64,000 nt of DNA from a virus: the IMG/VR virus record IMGVR_UViG_3300045988_115146; one strand, written 5' to 3'. Below are positions 45,318-52,609 of the stretch, in pieces (positions within the stretch are counted from its first letter, which is position 1; each line of letters opens with the position of its first letter). Position numbers and translations under genes: made by a program. Under the pieces are notes generated by a model. It did not search any database. It was not told the DNA's origin and saw only the letters and a program-made list of their open reading frames with translations.

Positions 45318-45436
45318 AATCATCAAGTATTGACATTCACCTTTGAACAAGATGGCCATAAGTATATGGTGGGAATCTATAATCAAGGTGGAATTGATAT
45401 GATAGAAATACCTGAATAAGTAAAGATTACCCTACT

Positions 45437-45682
45437 ATGAAGATGTTCGAATTAATTCCTTACATATTGGAATTAGATTATGACTCAGAAATAAAGATCA
45501 TAGAAGATCTAGAACATAATGAAGGTGAATTACCTAAGATGATGGATGTAGTTCCCACTATCATGTTAAATACCGTAACAGGTAGGAAAACCTTCACCAT
45601 GATAGAGAAAACGGCAATGGATAAGTACATTGCACAGAATAATACAGTGACCAAATTAAAAGTATCAGATAAAATATCATGA
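45437..45682 (+). CDS. Hypothetical protein
   Basis: 81-aa co-directional ORF. Confidence 0.45.
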   Translation: MKMFELIPYILELDYDSEIKIIEDLEHNEGELPKMMDVVPTIMLNTVTGRKTFTMIEKTAMDKYIAQNNTVTKLKVSDKIS

Positions 45683-46029
45683 AAGAGCAAGAAGAACAAG
45701 GCTGTTTGAAGCCAATGGTGATAGGTATCATCATAGCAGCTATATTCATCTTAATGGCTTTCCTATTCGTACCTCACCACAAACCAGAGACTTATAATCC
45801 ATTAGAGGATGTAATCATGGTACAAGAACCTGTACTGAAAATTGATAATCAAGGCAGGTATTACATCTCTACCAAAAGATCCTACTACCGTATCAAATCT
45901 GAAAAGGAAGGCAAAGAACTCATAGAATCTGTAGAAAAGAAAAGAGATGAGCTTGAAAAGCAGGTTCAACAGCAAAACATCAACATAAACCACAATATCC
46001 ATATCACTATCGAAGACGATACCTGGTAA
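45679..46029 (+). CDS. Hypothetical membrane-anchored protein
   Basis: TM segment VIGIIIAAIFILMAFLFV. ATGA coupling. Confidence 0.45.
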   Translation: MKEQEEQGCLKPMVIGIIIAAIFILMAFLFVPHHKPETYNPLEDVIMVQEPVLKIDNQGRYYISTKRSYYRIKSEKEGKELIESVEKKRDELEKQVQQQNININHNIHITIEDDTW

Positions 46030-46123
46030 AAACCCAAGATCAAGATAATCCCTATCTGAAAGACTTAGATTCAGAAACCTCAGCAATATATGGGTAACTT
46101 CAAACCGAATACTACGTACAATT

Positions 46124-46495
46124 ATGACTACTCAGGAAAAGAATAGATGGCTAAGACTAAGCCAACGTTACAGAAAACTCGGAGTAACCGCAGTAAATGG
46201 AGCATTCGCTGAACTAGAGAATAACCTCTGGGAAGAAGGCTGGTCAGGCAATCCTCTATCTTATAGGCAAACAGATCATGGCATCTACATAGAAGTAATG
46301 TTAAGATCCATAGGAGAAATATCTCTGAAATACAAAGACTATGATGACTTCTGGAATAAAGTAAAAGATGAGGAGGGAGCTTATAAGGTAGCTCAACCAA
46401 TCTATAATAAATGGTCAGAACTACTTTATCCTCAAATCCAACTAGTGAACGGATTAAATCAAACCAAAATCCCCGAACAAGTACTCCGAAAATAA
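46124..46495 (+). CDS. Hypothetical protein
   Basis: 123-aa ORF. Antisense ORF of similar size looks compositionally implausible. Confidence 0.45.
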   Translation: MTTQEKNRWLRLSQRYRKLGVTAVNGAFAELENNLWEEGWSGNPLSYRQTDHGIYIEVMLRSIGEISLKYKDYDDFWNKVKDEEGAYKVAQPIYNKWSELLYPQIQLVNGLNQTKIPEQVLRK

Positions 46496-46503
46496 ATAAA
46501 ACT

Positions 46504-46629
46504 ATGAAAATCAAAGCAACAGCCTTATCAAACTATACTTCCAAGGAATGGGTATTACTTCCAACAATAGTTATCACATCCCAGAGACCATTCTACATCA
46601 TCCTATCCTGGCTGAGATGGTATATATAA
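46504..46629 (+). CDS. Small hydrophobic protein (41 aa)
   Basis: ATG 46504 just after the upstream stop. WVLLPTIVITS and FYIILSWLRWYI. Confidence 0.3.
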   Translation: MKIKATALSNYTSKEWVLLPTIVITSQRPFYIILSWLRWYI

Positions 46630-46665
46630 TTCGACTTTTTCCAAACATCAAAATAAACTAAGATC

Positions 46666-46845
46666 ATGAACAACATCTCTAAAGAACTCTTCGACAAATT
46701 CCTTAAACTCCAACGATCTGGCATTATGAATATGACTGATATAGAACGGGGAGCCAAACTAATCAAATGTACAGAAGATCAATATGAAACCATTATATGG
46801 AATTATACAGATCTCAAGAATAAGTTCTACCCAAAATCCAGATAA
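46666..46845 (+). CDS. Small protein (59 aa), below ORF-track cutoff
   Basis: MNNISKELFDKFLKLQRSGIMNMTDIERGAKLIKCTEDQYETIIWNYTDLKNKFYPKSR translated by hand. Confidence 0.4.
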   Translation: MNNISKELFDKFLKLQRSGIMNMTDIERGAKLIKCTEDQYETIIWNYTDLKNKFYPKSR

Positions 46846-46848
46846 CCA

Positions 46849-46998
46849 ATGAAAACGAAAACATTTAAGATCTCTAGAGAAAAGGCAATCATAATTGCTT
46901 CCAACCACAACAACATCCCTCTAGAAAAAGCTAAATCCTATACCGATTCCGAACTAAGAGAGGTACTAAGACATCTGAACCTTAAACCAGGATTCTAA
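46849..46998 (+). CDS. Small protein (49 aa), below ORF-track cutoff
   Basis: MKTKTFKISREKAIIIASNHNNIPLEKAKSYTDSELREVLRHLNLKPGF, 3 nt after the upstream stop. Confidence 0.4.
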   Translation: MKTKTFKISREKAIIIASNHNNIPLEKAKSYTDSELREVLRHLNLKPGF

Positions 46999-47189
46999 TA
47001 CCCAACAGTAATACATCATCCCCCCCAAAACAAATATAACCATAAAAAGGCCTCTAATCAAATAAAGGATCCCAATCACTTAAAGGCCATAACTAATACC
47101 CACCATCCCCAAACAAAGAAAAATACCAAAATTAATAAATTAAATCATAACCTCAATCCATAATACAAAGGATCAATATAATAAATCAT

Positions 47190-47239
47190 ATATAAGGCTT
47201 TTAGGTTTATATCTTAGAGGCCTTATATTTGTTTTTTTT
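47190..47239 (+). terminator. Terminator-like hairpin with T8 tract
   Basis: ATATAAGGC / GCCTTATAT 9-bp stem (21-nt loop), followed by TTGTTTTTTTT. Confidence 0.5.
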
Positions 47240-47527
47240 AGTTTACCCATATATGAAAAGAGAATAGGATAACAGTATTCAAATGATAGATAAAGAATAG
47301 CTTTTATTCATGGGCCTTATAGGTAAGGATAATAATGGGTCCGGGAACTTGGGATGAAGTCGAAATTTCGCCAGGGCCATAAAATCAGGGGGTGGGAAAT
47401 TTTGGGTAGTTAGGTTATCCTACCAATTCACTGTGTACCATACGAGCTCTTGAGCTATCTTGGTTACTATACGTATTAGCTACTACGACTTAAGGCCCAA
47501 ATAGCATTAGACTGGACCAAAAGGCAT

Positions 47528-47543
47528 TTTAAGGTACCTTAAA
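47528..47543. repeat. Iteron-like palindrome copy A (TTTAAGGTACCTTAAA)
   Basis: Perfect 16-bp palindrome with a GGTACC core. Confidence 0.9.
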
Positions 47544-47550
47544 GAGCTAT

Positions 47551-47565
47551 TTTAGGGTACCCAAA
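47551..47565. repeat. Iteron-like copy B (TTTAGGGTACCCAAA)
   Basis: GGGTACCC core, 8 nt after copy A. Confidence 0.8.
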
Positions 47566-47583
47566 CCATTGCCTTTTCAAGTC

Positions 47584-47613
47584 TATATTATATAATATAT
47601 AAGTCTTTTAAGG
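47584..47613 (+). repeat. AT-rich unit + AAGTCTTTTAAGG, copy 1
   Basis: TATATTATATAATATATAAGTCTTTTAAGG. A related unit lies at 47760-47796. Confidence 0.8.
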
Positions 47614-47712
47614 TTAAGGATTAGGCTACCAACTAAGGCTCTTTATCTAAAGAGACATATAGCCTACTATATGGTCTATACTTGAGATATATGAAGATCT
47701 TCATAAAGTACA

Positions 47713-47727
47713 TTTAGGGTACCTTAA
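47713..47727. repeat. Iteron-like copy C (TTTAGGGTACCTTAA)
   Basis: Preceded by ACA, as in copy D. Confidence 0.85.
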
Positions 47728-47759
47728 TGGGCCTTAATCCCAAGCCTTAAAGAATACTT

Positions 47760-47796
47760 TATATTATATTATATATAATATGCGAGTCTTTTAGGG
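47760..47796 (+). repeat. AT-rich unit + GAGTCTTTTAGGG, copy 2
   Basis: TATATTATATTATATATAATATGCGAGTCTTTTAGGG. Confidence 0.8.
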
Positions 47797-47872
47797 GATT
47801 TTTGAACTGGTGTCTAAAATAGATATGCCAGGAATAGAGTATCTGAGCTTTTATGTTTCAAGTTAAGGCACA

Positions 47873-47887
47873 TTTAAAGTACCTTAA
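47873..47887. repeat. Iteron-like copy D (TTTAAAGTACCTTAA)
   Basis: One mismatch in the core (AGTACC). Confidence 0.8.
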
Positions 47888-47936
47888 TACAGCATTCAAG
47901 GCCTTAAAAGGTCCTAACCTGGGCCTGGAATATTTA

Positions 47937-47968
47937 TTTGCATATATTATATAATTATATTATATTTG
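47937..47968 (+). promoter_or_regulatory. Bacteroidota sigma-A type promoter
   Basis: TTTGCA 47937, 20-nt spacer, TATATTTGCA 47961. ATG 48015. Confidence 0.7.
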
Positions 47969-48014
47969 CATTGTGAAAAAAAAATAAATATTAACCAATT
48001 AAAAAGCAAAGGCC

Positions 48015-48419
48015 ATGAAAACTCTTGAAAACTACAAATTCGAAACCAACACTAATCCTGGGGAAAATCTCTTGGGCTTTATCCAGGGGCAAATCAGACA
48101 ATATATTATTCCAGATGGGTCTTATAGCCAACTATTATCTATTACTCTATATTCCGAGAGAAACATCTCTTCTATTGTACTTAACTCGGATATGACCGAT
48201 ATACACTTTATCCTGACCCCAAAGGTAAGTGTCCCTTATCAAGTCCTAAAAGCCATCTGTAAAGAAATTATGGAGGCCCTTAATGAAGAAATCTTCGATG
48301 GATTCCTGGATGCCAAAACAGTAGGCAATATGATCACCTATTCAGCTGGTCTTGATAATGGGTCCACTATGGTAGGGATTATCAATGAAGAGCTTAGTTT
48401 TAATATTTGCTTAATGTAG
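48015..48419 (+). CDS. Hypothetical protein
   Basis: 134-aa ORF after a promoter. Confidence 0.5.
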   Translation: MKTLENYKFETNTNPGENLLGFIQGQIRQYIIPDGSYSQLLSITLYSERNISSIVLNSDMTDIHFILTPKVSVPYQVLKAICKEIMEALNEEIFDGFLDAKTVGNMITYSAGLDNGSTMVGIINEELSFNICLM

Positions 48420-48443
48420 GGCTTATATAATACAGAAGAGACT

Positions 48444-48788
48444 ATGATACCTTATAGATTAACCCTTGGGGAATATCGAGATGAAGACCAAACCAAGGAA
48501 TGGATCGATTCGCTTATAACTCAAGAAAATCTCCCCACTATCCTTACCCACTATGATTTTTTGAACTACCGATATTTTAGGCAGGATAAGGATCTGGATG
48601 GGAGGCCTAACCACCATATCTTTACCTTCTCACCAAAGGATAAGAGCCAAATCACTCCTCAAAGATTTGAGTACATTGAAAAGGAACTGGATAGAAAGAC
48701 CCTTATAACCGATCCTCTAGAAGATGACCAGGATTGGACATTACTCAACAATGGATGTATCATAATTTGCATCCGATCCACAGATTAG
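48444..48788 (+). CDS. Hypothetical protein
   Basis: 114-aa ORF followed by a terminator. Confidence 0.5.
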   Translation: MIPYRLTLGEYRDEDQTKEWIDSLITQENLPTILTHYDFLNYRYFRQDKDLDGRPNHHIFTFSPKDKSQITPQRFEYIEKELDRKTLITDPLEDDQDWTLLNNGCIIICIRSTD

Positions 48789-48814
48789 AAAAAAACTTTG
48801 CTTTCATAATTGCC

Positions 48815-48849
48815 GGGAGGTATGCCAACTATGGGTATGCCTCCCTTTC
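48815..48849 (+). terminator. Rho-independent terminator
   Basis: GGGAGGTATGCC / GGTATGCCTCCC 12-bp stem (G-U pairs), 7-nt loop, then TTTC. Confidence 0.65.
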
Positions 48850-48875
48850 GGCTTATAAGGCCTTAGGAAAAATAG

Positions 48876-48890
48876 ATTAAGGTACCCAAT
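48876..48890. repeat. Iteron-like copy E (ATTAAGGTACCCAAT)
   Basis: Same GGTACC-core motif as 47528-47887. Located next to the TAAGGCCTTA palindrome at 48856. Confidence 0.75.
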
Positions 48891-49276
48891 GGTGCCATAT
48901 CCTGATCCTATATTAAATTTTTATTCAGTGCAATGCAAATAAGGTGTAATGCAATGCAAGCAATGGCATATCATAGAACTTTACAATTAATAAGACAAGT
49001 ATTTAGTTATTTATAAATATATGATACTCTAGATATATGGGGACAAAGGCTAAAAATGAAGATGAACATTAAAGGCCTAGTTATTGGACTATTCTGTACC
49101 TCAGGGTGCCAGCTAAGGCCATAATTGTATCAGACCATATACCAACAAACCAACTTATCATCATGGATCATTAAACAGACCTACTGCCTGAACCTAAACC
49201 GATTATTTTGTATAGTTAAAATTGATCTAAATAAATACTATTATAAGAAAAAATAATCAAAATTTATGTCTAAAAA

Positions 49277-49308
49277 TTTGCATTAAAAAAAATTCAATAG
49301 TATATTTG
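49277..49308 (+). promoter_or_regulatory. Bacteroidota sigma-A type promoter
   Basis: TTTGCA 49277, 20-nt spacer, TATATTTGCA 49301. ATG 49358. Confidence 0.7.
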
Positions 49309-49357
49309 CAATATAGAAAAGAACAAAGCATTTTATTAACCTTTAATTTTTACTATT

Positions 49358-49687
49358 ATGAAAGCAAATGAAATTTTAGCAATTGGTAATGAAATTTTTT
49401 CGACCAGCGAAAGAAAATCAATTTATCGCAAAGAAATCTTTGCAGAGTATAAAACGGACAAAGAAAAGAAAAATTTGCGTATGAAATTGCGCAAGAAATT
49501 AGACGCTTTTATTGCCGAATTTATTGCCAGCAATAAAAATACAGAGAAAAGAAAAGCATTGAAAAAAGCGTGGCAAGAATATGCAAAGCAAGTTTACATT
49601 AATGTAGAATGTATCGTAGACGCAAATGCAAACACAGAAAAGAAAGATACGATTAAAAATTTCCTTTCTGCAATGAATGAAAAATAA
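49358..49687 (+). CDS. Lys-rich hypothetical protein
   Basis: 109-aa ORF after a promoter. KEKKNLRMKLRKKLD. Confidence 0.5.
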   Translation: MKANEILAIGNEIFSTSERKSIYRKEIFAEYKTDKEKKNLRMKLRKKLDAFIAEFIASNKNTEKRKALKKAWQEYAKQVYINVECIVDANANTEKKDTIKNFLSAMNEK

Positions 49688-49862
49688 AGATATGAAACTA
49701 CTAAATAAAATAAAACATATATTTGATAAAAAAACATACGAATTTCAAATATATGTAAATGAAAAAGAAACTATTTTAATTCATGGATTGAAAAAGAAAC
49801 AAATAAAAAATAAAATAACTTATCAATTTATTGAAAATAAAATAGTAATTAAATTTCATTGA
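49677..49862 (+). CDS. Hypothetical protein
   Basis: 61-aa ORF ending 3 nt before a strong terminator. Confidence 0.45.
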   Translation: MKNKDMKLLNKIKHIFDKKTYEFQIYVNEKETILIHGLKKKQIKNKITYQFIENKIVIKFH

Positions 49863-49864
49863 AG

Positions 49865-49895
49865 AAATAGGGGGCATAATTTGTCCCCTATTTTT
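49865..49895 (+). terminator. Rho-independent terminator
   Basis: AAATAGGGG / CCCCTATTT 9-bp stem, then TT. Confidence 0.7.
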
Positions 49896-50131
49896 AATTA
49901 ATTTTAATTTTGCGATAGGGACACCGTGTGCCTTTTTTACTGCCAGATGTTTTAGGCTCCTCGCATTAAAGGCTCCCATGAAGGGCCATAATTTTACTGC
50001 TAGCTCCAAAATAAACCCAGTGATAAAGCTCATAATAAGGGAATTGATCACTACCCCCCTTCCCCACACAAAATGAAGAACCTATCTAAAGGCTCTTCAT
50101 AAAATTTTTCAGGATATTTTTATGGCTCCTA

Positions 50132-50548
50132 TTATAAGGCTCTACCATTTACCTTAGCCTCATAAATCCCTATCAATTTATCAAAGGCCTTAATCCTGGA
50201 TTCTTTGTCATCCCTTTCCCACCAGTAAATGTCCCTTAAAGGCAAATCACCTCTCTCATAGCTTTCATATGCCTTAGTATTCCTATTACCATCTAAGAAG
50301 TCGAAATTAAATTCAGGTATCAAGGCAGGAATCCATTCATTTCGATACATTATCTTACCTTCGAATTTATATAAGGGATGGTCCATCTCCTGTAGTATAC
50401 TTATAAGGTTGGCTTCCAAATCAGGAGAGTAAAGAATAGCCTTACTGAAGGCATTACACATACCATGAAGCCAATAATTATTAAGGTAGCATTCCTTGGC
50501 TTTGGTTATCCATTCCAGGATAGTTGTATTTTTCTCCATCTGTTCCAT
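50132..50548 (-). CDS. Hypothetical protein
   Basis: 138-aa leftward ORF, last gene of the leftward cassette. Confidence 0.5.
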   Translation of the reverse strand: MEQMEKNTTILEWITKAKECYLNNYWLHGMCNAFSKAILYSPDLEANLISILQEMDHPLYKFEGKIMYRNEWIPALIPEFNFDFLDGNRNTKAYESYERGDLPLRDIYWWERDDKESRIKAFDKLIGIYEAKVNGRAL

Positions 50549-50550
50549 TG

Positions 50551-50938
50551 TTAATCTACGATTTGAGTTGGAGGGTTCTTCTCCCAGGATTCACTTACTG
50601 GGTCCTTATAATAAGGGTTGATGAATATCTTCCCACATTGACTACATCGAGTTATGTAAGGCTTGTTTTCACTTAAACCATATTTCTCTACCTTAGTTAT
50701 AGCTTTACAATCAGAGCATTCTATTAAGAACTCAAATCCATCGTTGATGTAAGCCCTTTCAGAGGTGTATTCGGTTTTTTAATCGGTCACCCCCTCTAGT
50801 AAGGGATATTACTTTTTCTTCGATACCCAATCCCATATCCTGAACTACATAGGCAGGGCCTTCAAATGAGTTGTCAACTTGTGGCTGACCATCTTTATCC
50901 AGGGTTATTCCCTTAGTATTACTAATGATTTTAGGCAT
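50551..50938 (-). pseudogene. Zinc-ribbon protein gene interrupted by a +1 frame change at a homopolymer
   Basis: 388 nt (3n+1). MPKIISNTKG...LTRGGDRLKN stops soon after the T6 run at 50775-50780 (A6 on the coding strand). A second frame without Met continues EYTSERAYINDGFEFLIECSDC...CSQCGK... to the TAA at 50551. Confidence 0.55.
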
Positions 50939-51125
50939 AAGGCTTAATTATAATTATTGTAATGGTGACTACCAGTATACAAATTATTCCAAATATAAAT
51001 AACTCACCTATTTTCTTTAATAAATCTCTGGAAGGTTCTTGTAACTGCATAAAGGACCATACCAATATACCGTATATAATGAGAGTTAAAATAAAACCTA
51101 CGAGTAAACCGATTAAGAAATACAT
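50931..51125 (-). CDS. Small two-pass membrane protein
   Basis: MYFLIGLLVGFILTLIIYGILVW and ELFIFGIICILVVTITIIII. Stop overlaps the next start (ATGCCTAA). Confidence 0.5.
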   Translation of the reverse strand: MYFLIGLLVGFILTLIIYGILVWSFMQLQEPSRDLLKKIGELFIFGIICILVVTITIIIIKPYA

Positions 51126-51231
51126 ATTATTAAGTTTTGGAGATATAGACTTGGAATAATCGTTTCGGTATCAAGCTATACACACAATAAGAGTCACTTA
51201 CGAAACTGTTGGTGCTGGTTATGATTATACC

Positions 51232-51444
51232 ATGGATTTTATAGCTACACCTGTAATTAGCTTTAGTAGTGCTACTAAACCATTAACCTTTACTTTAACT
51301 ACACCTGCTATACCAAGGGAAGTTTCTAACCGATTAGAGTTTGACACATCTCTGTACGGTAGAGGAAGAATGGCAGATAACGTATTTATTGGTATGGTAA
51401 TAAATGCCAATGGTAACGTAACCATGAAATACTTCGAGAACTAA
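51232..51444 (+). CDS. Hypothetical protein (orientation uncertain)
   Basis: 70-aa ORF followed by a terminator with a plus-strand T tract. An antisense ORF of equal size exists. Confidence 0.35.
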   Translation: MDFIATPVISFSSATKPLTFTLTTPAIPREVSNRLEFDTSLYGRGRMADNVFIGMVINANGNVTMKYFEN

Positions 51445-51454
51445 TTCACAAACG

Positions 51455-51489
51455 AAATACCCAAGCTTATAAGCTTGGGTATTTTTGTG
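51455..51489. terminator. Bidirectional terminator (30-bp near-perfect palindrome)
   Basis: AAATACCCAAGCTT-AT-AAGCTTGGGTATTT between convergent ORFs. T-rich on both sides. Confidence 0.7.
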
Positions 51490-51501
51490 TGATTACATTT
51501 A

Positions 51502-51849
51502 CTACTTCTGGTCTGGTTCTTTAACCTTAGCCTTCTGTTTGAAATAGAACTTGGTTTCTACGAAAAGATATGGGTATTCCTTATTCTCTAGGTCATATAC
51601 CAATGTATAATCTACGCCCCTAACGTTAGCTTTCATATAATGAAACTCTCTCCAAGCCTCATCATTCAGATTCTTGATTACTTGTTCGAAAGAACGTATA
51701 AAACCAACTCTCTTCCTTAGATACTTCTTTGTTCTACCAACTTCTTGGTAAAACATTTCCTCTACTACTCCACCGGCAGCATAGAACTGACCGGGAGTAT
51801 AAACTTTTACTGCCATATAAATATTTTGATTAAGGTTCCCAAATGTCAA
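51502..51849 (-). CDS. Hypothetical protein
   Basis: 115-aa leftward ORF. Confidence 0.5.
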   Translation of the reverse strand: MTFGNLNQNIYMAVKVYTPGQFYAAGGVVEEMFYQEVGRTKKYLRKRVGFIRSFEQVIKNLNDEAWREFHYMKANVRGVDYTLVYDLENKEYPYLFVETKFYFKQKAKVKEPDQK

Positions 51850-52180
51850 ATGGTTTGTCTGGTTTTGTAGAAATTAATAAATAGTACCCATCTCTTTTTA
51901 CCCTTAATTTGGAGTAAGTTATTCCATATTTCTTATAGATACTAACCTCTGTTTCATTTAGTAAGTTTTCTATATTACCTTTAAGCTGTCCACTGAATTT
52001 TTGAGGATAGCCATTTATCATAGACTTTATCCCTCCACATAACCTGTCGGATATCAGGGAAGGAATATCCCCGTCTATAACTACCTTTTCTATGTAGGCA
52101 TCCCATACTGGTATATCATTCTTTTGTTGATATGTTGCACTTGGTATGATTATATCTATATCAGTTCTTCTTATCGCCAT
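51830..52180 (-). CDS. Hypothetical protein
   Basis: 116-aa leftward ORF overlapping its neighbours. Confidence 0.5.
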   Translation of the reverse strand: MAIRRTDIDIIIPSATYQQKNDIPVWDAYIEKVVIDGDIPSLISDRLCGGIKSMINGYPQKFSGQLKGNIENLLNETEVSIYKKYGITYSKLRVKRDGYYLLISTKPDKPFDIWEP

Positions 52181-52400
52181 GTCTGAATATAACTTTCATA
52201 GTTAAAAAGAATAATCCCATCACTACTGCTGGACTCATCATCCATATAAGGAATAAAACTCCATACCTTACTTTAGTGCTTGACCTTTTCAAAGGAGTTT
52301 CACTTATTACACTTCTGAGAAAGATACAGAAGATAAACCCTAAGATATACATGATGATAAGTGTATATCCGAACCAAATTGGTGGTGTTGATGTTAGCAT
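52161..52400 (-). CDS. Small two-pass membrane protein
   Basis: Start moved to MLTSTPPIWFGYTLIIMYILGFIFCIFL, whose ATG overlaps the upstream stop (ATGCTAA). Second TM is VLFLIWMMSPAVVMGLFFL. Confidence 0.45.
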   Translation of the reverse strand: MLTSTPPIWFGYTLIIMYILGFIFCIFLRSVISETPLKRSSTKVRYGVLFLIWMMSPAVVMGLFFLTMKVIFRHGDKKN

Positions 52401-52609
52401 ACTATGTATGAAATGATGATTAGACCTATAAAGCAGATGATGAATGTTCGAAAGGCTTCTTTTTTGCCATTTTCCCAAGATTCATTGCCTTCATACTCTT
52501 TGTTTATTCCTTTCCAAGCTTTGCTAAGTACTCCTGCATCTGAAATCCCATTGTCTATAACCCTTATAAAGTGATTTGTTATAAGGAATCTTATCATGAA
52601 ACGTATCAT
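52394..52609 (-). CDS. Small C-terminally anchored membrane protein
   Basis: C-terminal FRTFIICFIGLIIISYIV. Confidence 0.45.
   Translation of the reverse strand: MIRFMIRFLITNHFIRVIDNGISDAGVLSKAWKGINKEYEGNESWENGKKEAFRTFIICFIGLIIISYIVC

Noticed and set aside
46128-46514. 128-aa minus-strand ORF mirroring ORF 46124-46495
   Set aside because: The translation is Leu/Phe/Arg-rich and looks like junk. The plus-strand product looks like a normal soluble protein and fits the operon direction.
47224-47231. TATATTTG box at 47224 as another promoter
   Set aside because: It forms the 3' arm of the terminator-like hairpin. It has no -33 TTTG at 19-21 nt and no downstream ORF.
32830-49308. Regularly recurring TTTGCA...TATATTTGCA units as a possible CRISPR array or other tandem array
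   Set aside because: The copies are separated by 0.1-5 kb of unique coding sequence, and each sits at a fixed distance upstream of an ATG. They are promoters, not repeat-spacer units.
49776-50069. 97-aa minus-strand ORF
   Set aside because: It reads straight through the strong plus-strand terminator hairpin at 49865-49895 and overlaps the plausible plus-strand ORF 49677-49862. Its upstream half lies in motif-rich non-coding DNA.
51225-51425. 66-aa minus-strand ORF overlapping plus ORF 51232-51444
   Set aside because: The two cannot be distinguished with confidence. The plus orientation was retained only because the palindromic terminator follows it with a T tract. Both remain low confidence.
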